DNA of 64,000 bases, from the NCBI GenBank assembly GCA_049570475.1, contig CP186953.1, positions 640,001-704,000 on the forward strand. Reading direction: 5' to 3'. The DNA comes from Candidatus Methanosuratincola verstraetei. Its GTDB lineage: Archaea > Thermoproteota > Methanomethylicia > Methanomethylicales > Methanomethylicaceae. Of this stretch, positions 47,319-57,612 are shown piece after piece. Within the stretch, counting starts at the first letter, position 1, and each line of letters starts with the position of its first letter. The notes beneath the pieces are model-generated. The model made no database searches. It was not told the origin of the DNA and was given only the letters and a program-made list of their open reading frames with translations. The position numbers and the translations under genes are program-made.

Positions 47319-48139
47319 AGTTCGAGAGCGCGATGCTCGTGTTCTGGAAGGACTGGAAGGAGATTAGGAGGAATTACCAGGTACTGGCGCCGATCATATT
47401 TGTGCCCCTGGTCTTCACCATCGTGCTGCCGCTGATCCTCGTCCTGGTCCCCTCGGTGGTCGGGATGCCAGGTACGGCTTTCCAGCTAATCGGGCCTATG
47501 TTTGAGAACCTGCCCCCAGAGGTCAGGGCAGCGGTATCTGGGATGGGCGCGGAGGAGGCGATTGTCTACGTATTCGCCCTCTACTTCTTCGCCCCATTCT
47601 TCCTCATAATACCGATAATGGCCTCCAGCGTCCTCGCCTCTGACAGCTTTGCGGGCGAGAAGGACAGGAAGACGCTTGAGGCGCTGCTCGCGACGCCCCT
47701 CACAGAGGGGGATCTGCTACTGGGGAAGGTGCTTGTCGCGTTCATACCTTCGATCATAGTGACCTTCGCTTCCTTTGCGGTCTACTGCGTTGTTGTGGAC
47801 TTGGCGTCGGCTCTCCGCTTCGGGGGGGAGTTGCTGCTGCCCAATGCGCTCTGGGTGCTCTTCATATTCGGGGTCACCCCGCTCGTGGCCCTGGCTGGCA
47901 TAGGGGTCACGGTGATAATATCGCTCCGCGTTAAGGGCTACAGGGAGGCGCAGCAGATGAGCGCCATACTGATCGCGCCGGTCTTGGCGCTTGTCTTTGC
48001 AGAGGTCGGTGGGGCCATTGTCTTCGGGCCGCTCATGATACTCCTTATGATAGGGGTTTTCGCCTTGGTTAATGCGTTAGTGCTGGTCCTGGGGATCAGG
48101 CACTTCCACAGGGAGGAACTCCTCACCAGGGGAGGCTGA
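47315..48139 (+). CDS. ABC-2 type permease
   Basis: SFAGEKDRKTLEALLATP...LLGK and 6 TMs. GTGA overlap with the ATPase gene. Confidence 0.9.
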   Translation: MKFESAMLVFWKDWKEIRRNYQVLAPIIFVPLVFTIVLPLILVLVPSVVGMPGTAFQLIGPMFENLPPEVRAAVSGMGAEEAIVYVFALYFFAPFFLIIPIMASSVLASDSFAGEKDRKTLEALLATPLTEGDLLLGKVLVAFIPSIIVTFASFAVYCVVVDLASALRFGGELLLPNALWVLFIFGVTPLVALAGIGVTVIISLRVKGYREAQQMSAILIAPVLALVFAEVGGAIVFGPLMILLMIGVFALVNALVLVLGIRHFHREELLTRGG

Positions 48140-48278
48140 ACCGGATGAACAGAACCCCAGGCACGCCACCAATTCCGCATAAAAAATCTTGAAAAGGAAG
48201 GGAATGTCCAGGAATCTTGATAATTTCAGATAAGTATAAAGAGAATAAGACCAAATTATTATTTCGTGGTGTAAAGTT

Positions 48279-50690
48279 TTGAGAATTTTTAAGGGGGCTA
48301 CCGCAGCCGTCCTATTAACCGCGCTCATGCTCTGGGCTTCGCCCCCGGTCTTGTCAGCCGGGCTGACGATCACGGTCGATTCAGACACCTCGCTCTACTC
48401 CGCTGGGGAGACCGTTTTCATAAGCGTGTCAGGGCCTCCATCGGTCGTCTCGGTCGCGGTCACGGGGCCGTCAGGGGAGGTGTTCAGGAATGACTCGCTC
48501 GTGATCGGGACTTCCGGGACGCTGATAGTCAACCTTTCCACAGTCGGGCTCCCCACCGGATCATACAGCATCACCGCGAACGGGACGGCTGGCACTGCGC
48601 AAGCAGCCTTCAGGCTGGTCCAGCCATTCGGGATGGTCTCGTGCTACGCCGTCTCAACGACCGGCGAGCCGCTTTCAGCCCAGACCCCCATCTACTACTA
48701 CTTCAACGGATCTGTGCTGAGCCTGGTCGTGAACGTCTCAGCGCCGAACGACCACGTGAGCGCCGAGATCGATCTTGGCTGGCTCGGGTACGGGACGCTG
48801 GTCCTCTCGCCCGCTTGGAACGGGACTTGGGCGAAAGGGACAAATCCCGATGGATCGGGTTGGTACGCTTTCTTGGTCAACCGCACGGTGCCCGCCGGGT
48901 TCCTCTCCAAGGGCATCTTCGTGACGCCCATACAAATCCGAGTCCCCGCCGGGCAGGCGACAACAACGAACTCTACGTCCTTCACTGCGGTGCTCAATTC
49001 CCAGCCGGTGTACTATGACGCCAGGCTCGGGGGCGCGACCACAGACTGGAGGGAGATAACGGACTTCACCAACGCGCCAAAGATCGTGCTCGAGTTCCTT
49101 AACGGGAGCAGGCTGGTGGCAAGGATAGCCTATCATGGTGCAATCAACCTCTGCGATCCGGTGACTGCGAATTCGCTGCCGCGGCTGGGCGATCTCATCT
49201 GGATCGGCTCTGGAACGGTAGGGATCAATGTCTCGGCCCTCCCGGCGCTCGACGCCCCGGCAAACATAAGCATGTACGGGATCAGCTTCCAGAACCAGCC
49301 AGGAGTGCTTTTCAACGGGGATCCTGCAGTCAGGACTGGGCAGATCTCGGGCGGGCCGGTCAGATCCCTTTCTTGGAATGCAACCTCCGGAACCCTGACT
49401 CTGGAGGTCGACAGGATGGGGCAGTACACCGCTGACGGCGATCCGCCCTATCTAGCCTACTCCGATCCGAGGGAAGGGACCTTCACGGGCGACCCAGCGC
49501 CCGAGGTGGGCCTCCTAGTGAGGGATGCAGTCTCGGAGGTGTCGCAGTCGGGCATAGTCCTGAGAGTCGACGGCAAGGCGATCAGCCCCGTGCTAAGGGC
49601 GGCTCCCCCCAATGGGCTTTGGGTGAACGCCACCGCAGGCGCACTCGACGACGGGTGGCACACGTTCACCGCGATGGTCAGCGATGTGCTGGGCAACACT
49701 GCAGTGGTCACGCTGAGGATCGCTGTAGACACGACGCCGCCTGAAATCGCAGGCTACCTGCCATTGAAGGGGTCATATGTAGGGGAGGCCAGGCCTAGGT
49801 TCTCAGCCAACTTCACGGACGCCCTTTCTGGGGTTTCCCATGCGACCTTGACGATCAATTCATGGAATGCGACGAAGAGCGCCGGCGAGACGATGGACTT
49901 CTCACCCTCGTTCAACTTCACAGAGGGCGTTTACAACGCCACAATCGAGGTCTTCGACATGGTGGGCAACGCATACGTGTTTACGTGGGCGTTCACGGTC
50001 GACCTAACCCCGCCCAGGATAGCGTACTTCCACCCGGAGAGGGCGATGATAGTGCCTTACAACGACTCGGTCTATGCCGGATTCGAGGACAATTACGGGG
50101 TCAATGTGAGCCGGATCAGCCTCACTATAGACGGCGAGGAGGCGACAGGCTTCGCCAACCTGAGCCCCAATGCGCTGCTGTACTACCCGTCCCCCCCGCT
50201 CTCGAAGGGGATGCACAACGCCGAGCTCAGGATTTACGACCTCGCGGGCAACAATGCCACAGAGGCATGGTCGTTCAGGGTGGACGACATGCCCCCCAGG
50301 GTAACCGAGACGAAGCCCTTGAACGGGAGCGTGATCACGGATAGGACGCTGACAATCAGCGCAACCCTCTTCGACAACCTCGATGTGAAGCCCGATTCGG
50401 TAAAGCTGAGGGTGGACGGCGTGGACAGGACCTCGCAGTCGGTTATAACCAAGACCAGCGCCAGCTGCCAGCTCGTCCTGGACCTCGGGGTGCACACAGT
50501 GGAGATAACTCTGGCGGATACCTCCGACAATGTCAACACAGTGACCTGGAGCTTCACGATCAAGGAGCCGGAGCCGCTCCCGCCGGAGATGATCAGGGAC
50601 ATAATCATAATGGTTGTGCTCGTCGTGGCGGTCGTGGCGGTCATATTGCTAGTATTCATGATGGGGAACAAGAGAAAGCAGAGGTACTGA
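48279..50690 (+). CDS. Cell-surface glycoprotein with tandem Ig-like repeats
   Basis: Signal peptide, four ~90-aa repeats starting DxxPP, about 20 N-x-S/T sequons, C-terminal TM and basic tail. Confidence 0.85.
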   Translation: MRIFKGATAAVLLTALMLWASPPVLSAGLTITVDSDTSLYSAGETVFISVSGPPSVVSVAVTGPSGEVFRNDSLVIGTSGTLIVNLSTVGLPTGSYSITANGTAGTAQAAFRLVQPFGMVSCYAVSTTGEPLSAQTPIYYYFNGSVLSLVVNVSAPNDHVSAEIDLGWLGYGTLVLSPAWNGTWAKGTNPDGSGWYAFLVNRTVPAGFLSKGIFVTPIQIRVPAGQATTTNSTSFTAVLNSQPVYYDARLGGATTDWREITDFTNAPKIVLEFLNGSRLVARIAYHGAINLCDPVTANSLPRLGDLIWIGSGTVGINVSALPALDAPANISMYGISFQNQPGVLFNGDPAVRTGQISGGPVRSLSWNATSGTLTLEVDRMGQYTADGDPPYLAYSDPREGTFTGDPAPEVGLLVRDAVSEVSQSGIVLRVDGKAISPVLRAAPPNGLWVNATAGALDDGWHTFTAMVSDVLGNTAVVTLRIAVDTTPPEIAGYLPLKGSYVGEARPRFSANFTDALSGVSHATLTINSWNATKSAGETMDFSPSFNFTEGVYNATIEVFDMVGNAYVFTWAFTVDLTPPRIAYFHPERAMIVPYNDSVYAGFEDNYGVNVSRISLTIDGEEATGFANLSPNALLYYPSPPLSKGMHNAELRIYDLAGNNATEAWSFRVDDMPPRVTETKPLNGSVITDRTLTISATLFDNLDVKPDSVKLRVDGVDRTSQSVITKTSASCQLVLDLGVHTVEITLADTSDNVNTVTWSFTIKEPEPLPPEMIRDIIIMVVLVVAVVAVILLVFMMGNKRKQRY

Positions 50691-50756
50691 TCCCATGGAC
50701 GGGGCAGGCTGGCACCGGATAGCGTCGGCGGGGGATCGGATGGGCAGGAGGCCCGA

Positions 50757-51467
50757 CTAGTATGACTCCCGGTGGTAGCTCCCGACGGTCCGCCTTCCCC
50801 TGATAAGCATCAAGTCGCCCCTGATCCAGCCGTTCAGGACCCGCACAATCCCATACTTCTCGAAACGCCTGGCGGATGCCCTGACCATCGTATCCCTTGT
50901 GTAGACCACCCTCCCGAGCCGCTTCAGGCGGAAGCCGAGCTCGACATCGTCGCAGAGGGGGTAATCGGTATAACCCCCAGCCTCGAAGAACTTGTCCTTG
51001 AGCACGGCGGTGTTAGTCCCCCGCGTCCCCACAATGCCCATCAGATAGGCCACATCAGAGAAGAGGTTGACGAAGAAGTACAGGAGGCGGTACTTGAACT
51101 TGTTCTCCAGCGGGTAGTCCGGACCGCAGACCGCCACCACCCCATCCTTGAAGTTCGATCGTATCCTCTCGAGCCAATCCGGATCTGGGGCGACGTCGGC
51201 GTCGGTGTGCACCAAGATCCTACCCCTGGCGACCCTTGCGCCGTCGTTCCTAGCCCCTCCGACCCCCTTCCCAGTCTGCGGTATCACCCGATCCGCATAC
51301 CTGGACGCAATCTCGACGGTCCTGTCACTGCTGCCCCCGTCCACAACTATGATCTCGTACTCCGACCTTGGCACAGTCTGCCTCAAGAGATGTGAGAGGG
51401 TGCGCGCAATGACCTTCTCCTCGTTGTAGGTGGGCACGATAACCGAGATCTCTACCAATTCGACCAC
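50757..51467 (-). CDS. Glycosyltransferase family 2
   Basis: VIVPTYNEE, VVDGGSSD, ARNDGA, TDAD, DDVEL and SARR. Confidence 0.92.
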   Translation of the reverse strand: MVELVEISVIVPTYNEEKVIARTLSHLLRQTVPRSEYEIIVVDGGSSDRTVEIASRYADRVIPQTGKGVGGARNDGARVARGRILVHTDADVAPDPDWLERIRSNFKDGVVAVCGPDYPLENKFKYRLLYFFVNLFSDVAYLMGIVGTRGTNTAVLKDKFFEAGGYTDYPLCDDVELGFRLKRLGRVVYTRDTMVRASARRFEKYGIVRVLNGWIRGDLMLIRGRRTVGSYHRESY

Positions 51468-52196
51468 TCAGGGGTTGCTCTTTCTGGCGACCTGCATATT
51501 TCTGTTTTGAAGTGTCGAGGATTCAGACCCCTTGTTCGCAGCAGCCCGCGCAGTCGAGATCAGCTCGGTGAGGGCCGCGAGTGCCTTGCCGACGCTCTCC
51601 ATGGATATCAGCACGATCGTCTCAGTGAAGCAGCTCACAGTCTCCTCGATGTTGAGGCCGATCCTTGAGAGGGCCCTGTAGAAGACAGATATGCAGCCAG
51701 GGGTGTTGATGATCTCCTCAGGGCTCTGGATCACCAGCGCAGCCAGGTTCTCCTTCCTGTCCAAGATCTCTTTCGGATCGAACGAAGCCGCTGCTTTCGC
51801 GATCACCCGCTGGTCCATTATGATCGTCATCGAGGAGGAGCCTATCAGTATCTGGAGGAACTCGCTCCAGAATTTGTCGATGAGCGACTGCAGCGCCTTG
51901 AGGTTCTCCCCAGTCTTCTCCACGGAGAGCTTCGCAACATCGGTCCTCACGCTGAGGACGCTCCCAGCCACAACCCCGTTGATGTCCGAGTCCTTGTCAG
52001 GTAGGTCGAGCTTGACCCTTCGGACTGAGGTGGCTATCCCGGAGAGCTTGACCCTCCTGCCCAAAGCCTCCGAGACCCGCGGGCGAAGCATCCTCGCGAC
52101 CGAGCTGTAGTTTGCATAACCCCTCCTCAGCGCGTCCTGGAGCGGGGGGTCCTGCTCGACGAGGTTCTGGACGACCCTTGATATGGATTTGACCAT
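51468..52196 (-). CDS. Archaeal ACT-domain protein with N-terminal helical (HTH-like) domain
   Basis: DALRRGYANYSSVAR N-terminus and C-terminal ACT-like TPGCIS...GLNIEETVSCFTE. Divergent from carA. Confidence 0.75.
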   Translation of the reverse strand: MVKSISRVVQNLVEQDPPLQDALRRGYANYSSVARMLRPRVSEALGRRVKLSGIATSVRRVKLDLPDKDSDINGVVAGSVLSVRTDVAKLSVEKTGENLKALQSLIDKFWSEFLQILIGSSSMTIIMDQRVIAKAAASFDPKEILDRKENLAALVIQSPEEIINTPGCISVFYRALSRIGLNIEETVSCFTETIVLISMESVGKALAALTELISTARAAANKGSESSTLQNRNMQVARKSNP

Positions 52197-52272
52197 TTTC
52201 AGTCACTTTTGTTGCATTCATTAATAAAATGACCATAAACAATATAAATTTTAGTCTCTCACTCACTTAAGG

Positions 52273-53409
52273 GTGCGGATTTTGCTTAACAGGGCTAAGG
52301 GAGTGCTGGTCCTGGAGGACGGCACGGTCTTCTACGGGAGGTCTTTTGGAGCCAGCAAGAGGGTGCTTGGGGAAGTTGTCTTCTCCACGTCGATGGTGGG
52401 GTATCCGGAGTCGCTGACAGACCCGTCCTACAACGGGCAGATCCTGACGCTCACCTACCCGATTGTCGGGAACTATGGTGTCCCAGCGTGCAGCGCCGGG
52501 CAGATCCCCGACTGTTTCGAGTCCGACGGGATAAAGGCAGAGGGGCTAATCATCCATGACCTCTGCGACGAGCCAAGCCACTGGACCAGCGGCAGGACCC
52601 TCGACGAGTGGCTGAAGGATGAAGGGATCCCAGGGATATACGGGATAGACACCAGGAAGCTCACGAAGAGGCTGAGGGAGAGGGGCGTGATGAAGGGGGC
52701 AATCCAAACCCTCGCGGAGGGGGAGGAGCCGGACATAGAGGGGATATTCGCCGAGCTCGCCAAGTTCGACATAGAGACGAAGAACCTGGTGGAGGAGGTC
52801 TCGGTCAAGAGGGCGCTGGTTTACGAGGGCCCCGGGCCGACAGTTGTTCTGATTGACTGCGGCGTGAAGCTTAACATCGTAAGGAACCTGCTCAGGAGGG
52901 GGGTCAGGCTGGTCAGGGTCCCATTCAACACGGGCTTAGAGGAGGTCCTCAGCTATGATCCCGACGGGGTTTTCCTCAGCAACGGCCCTGGGAACCCCAA
53001 GGTCTGCGCCGAGACGATAAAGTGCGCGAGGGGGCTGCTGGAAACCGACTTGCCCGTGATGGGGATCTGCCTAGGGAACCAGATACTCGCGTTAGCCTCG
53101 GGCGGGGAGACGTACAAGCTGAAGTACGGGCACAGGGCGCAGAACCAGCCCGTTATAGATCTGAAGACAGGAAAGGGGTACATCACGACGCAGAACCACG
53201 GCTATGCCGTCGACGAGGAATCGATCGCCAGGACGCCGTTCAAGACCTGCTTCATAAACGCGAACGACAGGACTGTCGAGGGGATATACCACCCGGAGAA
53301 GGAAGTCTTCGCGGTGCAGTGGCACCCGGAGGCTTCGCCCGGACCTTACGACACGGAGTTCCTTTTCGACAAGTTCATTGAGGCTGTGAGGGGGTACAGA
53401 AGTGCCTAA
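52273..53409 (+). CDS. carA: Carbamoyl-phosphate synthase small subunit
   Basis: GEVVF, LTDPSY, SNGPGNP, GICLG and QWHPEASPGP. Confidence 0.97.
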   Translation: MRILLNRAKGVLVLEDGTVFYGRSFGASKRVLGEVVFSTSMVGYPESLTDPSYNGQILTLTYPIVGNYGVPACSAGQIPDCFESDGIKAEGLIIHDLCDEPSHWTSGRTLDEWLKDEGIPGIYGIDTRKLTKRLRERGVMKGAIQTLAEGEEPDIEGIFAELAKFDIETKNLVEEVSVKRALVYEGPGPTVVLIDCGVKLNIVRNLLRRGVRLVRVPFNTGLEEVLSYDPDGVFLSNGPGNPKVCAETIKCARGLLETDLPVMGICLGNQILALASGGETYKLKYGHRAQNQPVIDLKTGKGYITTQNHGYAVDEESIARTPFKTCFINANDRTVEGIYHPEKEVFAVQWHPEASPGPYDTEFLFDKFIEAVRGYRSA

Positions 53410-56400
53410 GTTCCCGTGGCTCAAGAAGGTCCTGATACTCGGAAGCGGAGCGATCAAGATCGGGGAGGCTGCGGAGTTCGACTACTCCGGGAGCCAGTGC
53501 ATCAAGGCCCTGCGCGAGGAGGGGATAGAGACCGTACTGGTCAACCCCAACATAGCGACCATACAGACGGACCCGAGGCTTGCGGGCAAGGTTTACCTCC
53601 TCCCAGTGACGCCGAAGTACGTGGAGATGGTGATCGAGAGGGAGAGGCCGGACGGGATACTGCTCGGGTTCGGCGGGCAGACCGCCCTCAACTGCGGGGT
53701 CCAGCTCGCGAAGAAGGGGGTGCTCCAGAAGTACGGGGTCAAGGTGCTCGGGACTTCGATCGAGTCGATAGAGACCACCAGCGACCGGGAGAGGTTCAAG
53801 CAGACAATGCTGGGCGCCGGCGTGAAGGTCCCGAGGAGCGGCGCCGCGAACTCGATATCGGGCGCAATAGCGCTGGCAAGGGAGATAGGGTACCCGGTGA
53901 TAGTCAGGGTAGCATACACGCTGGGCGGGAAGGGATCAGGCGTCGCCTACGACGAGAAGGACCTCGTCGAAATAGCCGAGCGCGGTCTTGCCCAGAGCAT
54001 GATCAAGCAGATCCTCGTGGAGGAGTACCTCAAGAACTGGAAAGAGGTCGAGTACGAGGTTGTGAGGGACTATGCGGACAACTGCATAACGGTCTGCAAC
54101 ATAGAGAACGTCGACCCGCTCGGGGTCCACACAGGGGACTCGATCGTCGTCGCCCCGTCGCAGACGCTGACGAACTACGACTACCACACGCTCAGGACGG
54201 CCTCGATCAAGGCGATACGGGCGCTGGGCATAATAGGCGAGTGCAACATCCAGTGGGCGCTCGATCCGAAGAGCAACGACTTCAGGGTGATCGAGGTCAA
54301 CTCGAGGCTCTCAAGGAGCTCGGCGCTCGCGAGCAAGGCGACAGGTTACCCCCTCGCATACATTGCGGCGAAGCTCGCGATAGGGTACAACCTGCCCGAG
54401 CTAATGAACAAGGTCACTGGGGTCACCACGGCATGCTTCGAGCCGGCGCTGGACTATGTCATCGTGAAGTACCCCAGGTGGGACTTCCAGAAGTTCAGGA
54501 ACGTCGACCCGCACCTTGGTCCGCAGATGAAGTCCGTCGGGGAGGTGATGGCGATAGGCAGGTGCTTCGAGGAGGCCCTGCAGAAGGCAATAAGGATGCT
54601 GGACATCGGCAAGAACGGGCTCGTCTGCAACCCGAGCGAGCCGGAGGGGGACCTCCAGCATGAGCTCTCGCACCCGACGGACAAGAGGCTCTTCTTCGTC
54701 GTCAAGGCTCTGAGAGAGGGCATGTCGATTGAGGAGATCTACAGGCTCTCGGGCATAGACCCCTGGTTCCTGAGCAAGATCAAGAAGATAATAGAGATGG
54801 AGGGCGAGCTCCGAAAGGCGAAGCTGGAGGGCGGATGGGTGGAGCTCATCAGGGAGGCTAAGAGGCTCGGGTTCTCCGACGTCCAGATCGCAATCTGCAC
54901 AGGAACCACCGAGGGAGAGGTGAGGGCCTTCAGGAAGGCCAACGGGATAGTCCCGGTCGTTAAGCAGATCGACACCATGGCTGCGGAGTGGCCGGCAAAG
55001 ACGAACTACCTCTACGTCACGTATGGCGGTGATGAGGACGACATCGACTTCGGGGACAAGAAGAAGGCGATGGTCCTTGGCGCAGGTGTCTTCAGGATAG
55101 GGACGAGCGTCGAGTTCGACTGGTGCGGAGTGAACGCCGCATGGGGGCTGAAGAAGGAGGGGATAGAGGAGACGATAATAATAAACAACAACCCGGAGAC
55201 GGTCTCCACGGACTACGACATCCCGGACAAGCTGTACTTCGAGGAGCTCACGTTCGAGAGGGTCATGGACATCGAGGACAAGGAGAGGGTTCATGGCGTC
55301 GTGCTTAGCGTCGGCGGGCAGACTCCGAACAACCTCGCCCTGAGGCTGTCCAAGGCAGGGATGAGGCTGCTCGGGAGCTCGGCAGAGAGCATCGACATGG
55401 CAGAGGACAGGTCCAAGTTCAGCGACCTACTTGGCAGGCTGGGAATACCGCAGCCCAGGTGGAAGGCGCTTACCAGCATGGAGGAGGCGAAGGAATTCGC
55501 AAGGGAGATCGGGTTCCCTGTCATCGTCAGGCCGAGCTACGTCCTCTCCGGGGCGGGGATGCGGGTGATATACAACGAGGAGGGGCTCGACGAGCTGCGA
55601 AATGCGATAGCCCTCTCAAAGGAGCACCCGATGGTGATGTCCAAGTTCCTGCAGGCGGCGAGGGAGGTGGACGTCGACGGGGTCTCGGACGGCGAGGACG
55701 TCTACATAGGAGGGATTCTGGAGCACCTCGAGTCCGCTGGGATACACAGCGGGGACGCGATCATGTGCATACCCCCCAGGTCGCTTAGCGAGGAGGTGAT
55801 CAGGAAGGTCAGGGACTACACCGAGAGGATCGCCAGGGGCCTAAGGATAGTCGGCCCATTCAACGTCCAGTACATCGTGAAGGAGGAGGAGGTCTATGTC
55901 ATCGAGTGCAACCTTAGGGCTTCGAGGACTTTCCCGTTCGTCAGCAAGACAATAGGCGTGAACATGATGGACGTCGCCTGCGCGGTCATGACGGGCAAGA
56001 GGATCAAGGACATCGGGATCCCGCCCCCGGGCGAGCTCCCCCACTTCGGGGTGAAGGTCCCCGTATTCAGCTTCATGAGGCTCACCGGCGCGGACCTGCT
56101 GCTCGGCGTGGAGATGCTCAGCACGGGCGAGGTGGCGTGCATCGGGGAGAACTTCACAGACGCCCTCATGAAGTCGCTCGAGGCTGCCGAGATAAGGATT
56201 CCGGATCCGGGATCCTCGGTCCTGGTCACTGTCGGGAACGGCGGGAAGAAGACGGTCATCATCCCGTTCATTTGGGCGCTGAAGAAGGACGGGTTCAAGA
56301 TTTACGCGACTGAGAAGACTTCGAAGGCGTTGGAGGAGGCGAACCTGAAGGACGTCGTGACCCTCAACAAGATAAGGGAGGCTGAAAAGAAGCCGAACAT

Positions 56401-56644
56401 CTCGGACGAGATAGCCTCCGGGAACATCGACCTCGTGATCAATATCCCGGTCGAGGAGTCGAAGGAAGAGATGGAGGACGAGTACCTGATCAGGAGGATG
56501 GCGGTCGAGTTCAATGTCCCGGTGATGACGACGCTGGAGCTCGTTGCAGCGCTGGTCGCTGTGATAAAGTACAGGCACGCAAACCCGCTGACGGTCAAGT
56601 CTCTCAATGAGTACATGGACGCGCTACCCTGGAAGAGATGGTGA
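53402..56644 (+). CDS. carB: Carbamoyl-phosphate synthase large subunit
   Basis: EFDYSG, duplicated ATP-grasp domains, SRSSALASKATGYP, NPETVSTDYD and a C-terminal MGS domain. Confidence 0.98.
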   Translation: MPKFPWLKKVLILGSGAIKIGEAAEFDYSGSQCIKALREEGIETVLVNPNIATIQTDPRLAGKVYLLPVTPKYVEMVIERERPDGILLGFGGQTALNCGVQLAKKGVLQKYGVKVLGTSIESIETTSDRERFKQTMLGAGVKVPRSGAANSISGAIALAREIGYPVIVRVAYTLGGKGSGVAYDEKDLVEIAERGLAQSMIKQILVEEYLKNWKEVEYEVVRDYADNCITVCNIENVDPLGVHTGDSIVVAPSQTLTNYDYHTLRTASIKAIRALGIIGECNIQWALDPKSNDFRVIEVNSRLSRSSALASKATGYPLAYIAAKLAIGYNLPELMNKVTGVTTACFEPALDYVIVKYPRWDFQKFRNVDPHLGPQMKSVGEVMAIGRCFEEALQKAIRMLDIGKNGLVCNPSEPEGDLQHELSHPTDKRLFFVVKALREGMSIEEIYRLSGIDPWFLSKIKKIIEMEGELRKAKLEGGWVELIREAKRLGFSDVQIAICTGTTEGEVRAFRKANGIVPVVKQIDTMAAEWPAKTNYLYVTYGGDEDDIDFGDKKKAMVLGAGVFRIGTSVEFDWCGVNAAWGLKKEGIEETIIINNNPETVSTDYDIPDKLYFEELTFERVMDIEDKERVHGVVLSVGGQTPNNLALRLSKAGMRLLGSSAESIDMAEDRSKFSDLLGRLGIPQPRWKALTSMEEAKEFAREIGFPVIVRPSYVLSGAGMRVIYNEEGLDELRNAIALSKEHPMVMSKFLQAAREVDVDGVSDGEDVYIGGILEHLESAGIHSGDAIMCIPPRSLSEEVIRKVRDYTERIARGLRIVGPFNVQYIVKEEEVYVIECNLRASRTFPFVSKTIGVNMMDVACAVMTGKRIKDIGIPPPGELPHFGVKVPVFSFMRLTGADLLLGVEMLSTGEVACIGENFTDALMKSLEAAEIRIPDPGSSVLVTVGNGGKKTVIIPFIWALKKDGFKIYATEKTSKALEEANLKDVVTLNKIREAEKKPNISDEIASGNIDLVINIPVEESKEEMEDEYLIRRMAVEFNVPVMTTLELVAALVAVIKYRHANPLTVKSLNEYMDALPWKRW

Positions 56645-56742
56645 GCCGGCCGATCCCCACACTTTTTCCACCATCGATCCGCAGCGGGAGGTGTTTTATA
56701 CTTGGACGGAGAATCCTTCCATATTGAAGGCGGTGTCGCAGG

Positions 56743-57399
56743 ATGCCGAGATCGCACCCCGAGGTCGTCGAGGCGGCAGCGCTCTTTTCCGGAAAGGACT
56801 CGATGTTCGCGATCCTGCAGGCCGAAAGGATCGGCCTCCGCGTGAGGGAGCTAATATCAATGGTCACGACATTCGGGCAGCCCTCGCCACATATGGAGAA
56901 CCTCAGGGCGCTCGAGAAGGCTGCAAAAAGCATGAGCAAAAGGCTGAGGATCGTGGACCTCCGCGAGGGGGAAGGGATGCTGGTTGGCGCCCTCAAGGAT
57001 TCGGGCGCGAACGCACTAGTCGCCGGCGATGTCTTTGTGGAGGACCATGTGAAGTGGCTCGAGGGGGTCTGCAGGAGGGCGGGAATGGGTGTCGTGGAGC
57101 CGCTTTACGGGATGAGCACGAAAAGCGCACTTGAAGAAATGCTCAATGAAGGCTTCGTCGTCAAGATAATAGGCGTTGACACTAGGCTTCTCGGGGAGGA
57201 GTGGCTTGGATTCACGCTTTCTAGAGAAAATCTTGGCGATTTTCTCGGGGGGATTGGGAATGCGGACCCGCTTGGAGAGAACGGGGAATACCACACGCTG
57301 GTCCTAGACTGCCCGTTGTACTCCAAGCGGCTGGAGGTGCGTTCGTCCACAGTGCTGCAGGCAGGGAGCCTGAAGTACCTGAAGGTCGAGGTCGCTTGA
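56743..57399 (+). CDS. Diphthamide synthase-like (Dph6/MJ0570 family) PP-loop protein
   Basis: LFSGKDS, LVAGD, EPL and DPLGENGEYHTLVLDCPLY. Confidence 0.85.
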   Translation: MPRSHPEVVEAAALFSGKDSMFAILQAERIGLRVRELISMVTTFGQPSPHMENLRALEKAAKSMSKRLRIVDLREGEGMLVGALKDSGANALVAGDVFVEDHVKWLEGVCRRAGMGVVEPLYGMSTKSALEEMLNEGFVVKIIGVDTRLLGEEWLGFTLSRENLGDFLGGIGNADPLGENGEYHTLVLDCPLYSKRLEVRSSTVLQAGSLKYLKVEVA

Positions 57400-57612
57400 T
57401 TGGCTGGGCGGAGTTCAGAGGATAAAAAAGGGGACCGCAGAAAGATGCAACTGGGCATAGACGGTTGCTTTAGCCTGAATCAGAAATCATAAGGGCTTGG
57501 CAGAGGTGTTGTTGGCGCAAGGCAGAGAAGGCGCATTGTCCGATGGCGTGGAAGGCATTTGCCTGATCCGGAAGTCCCTCTGGATGCGCGGCAAGAGGTC
57601 AAGCGGATTTGC

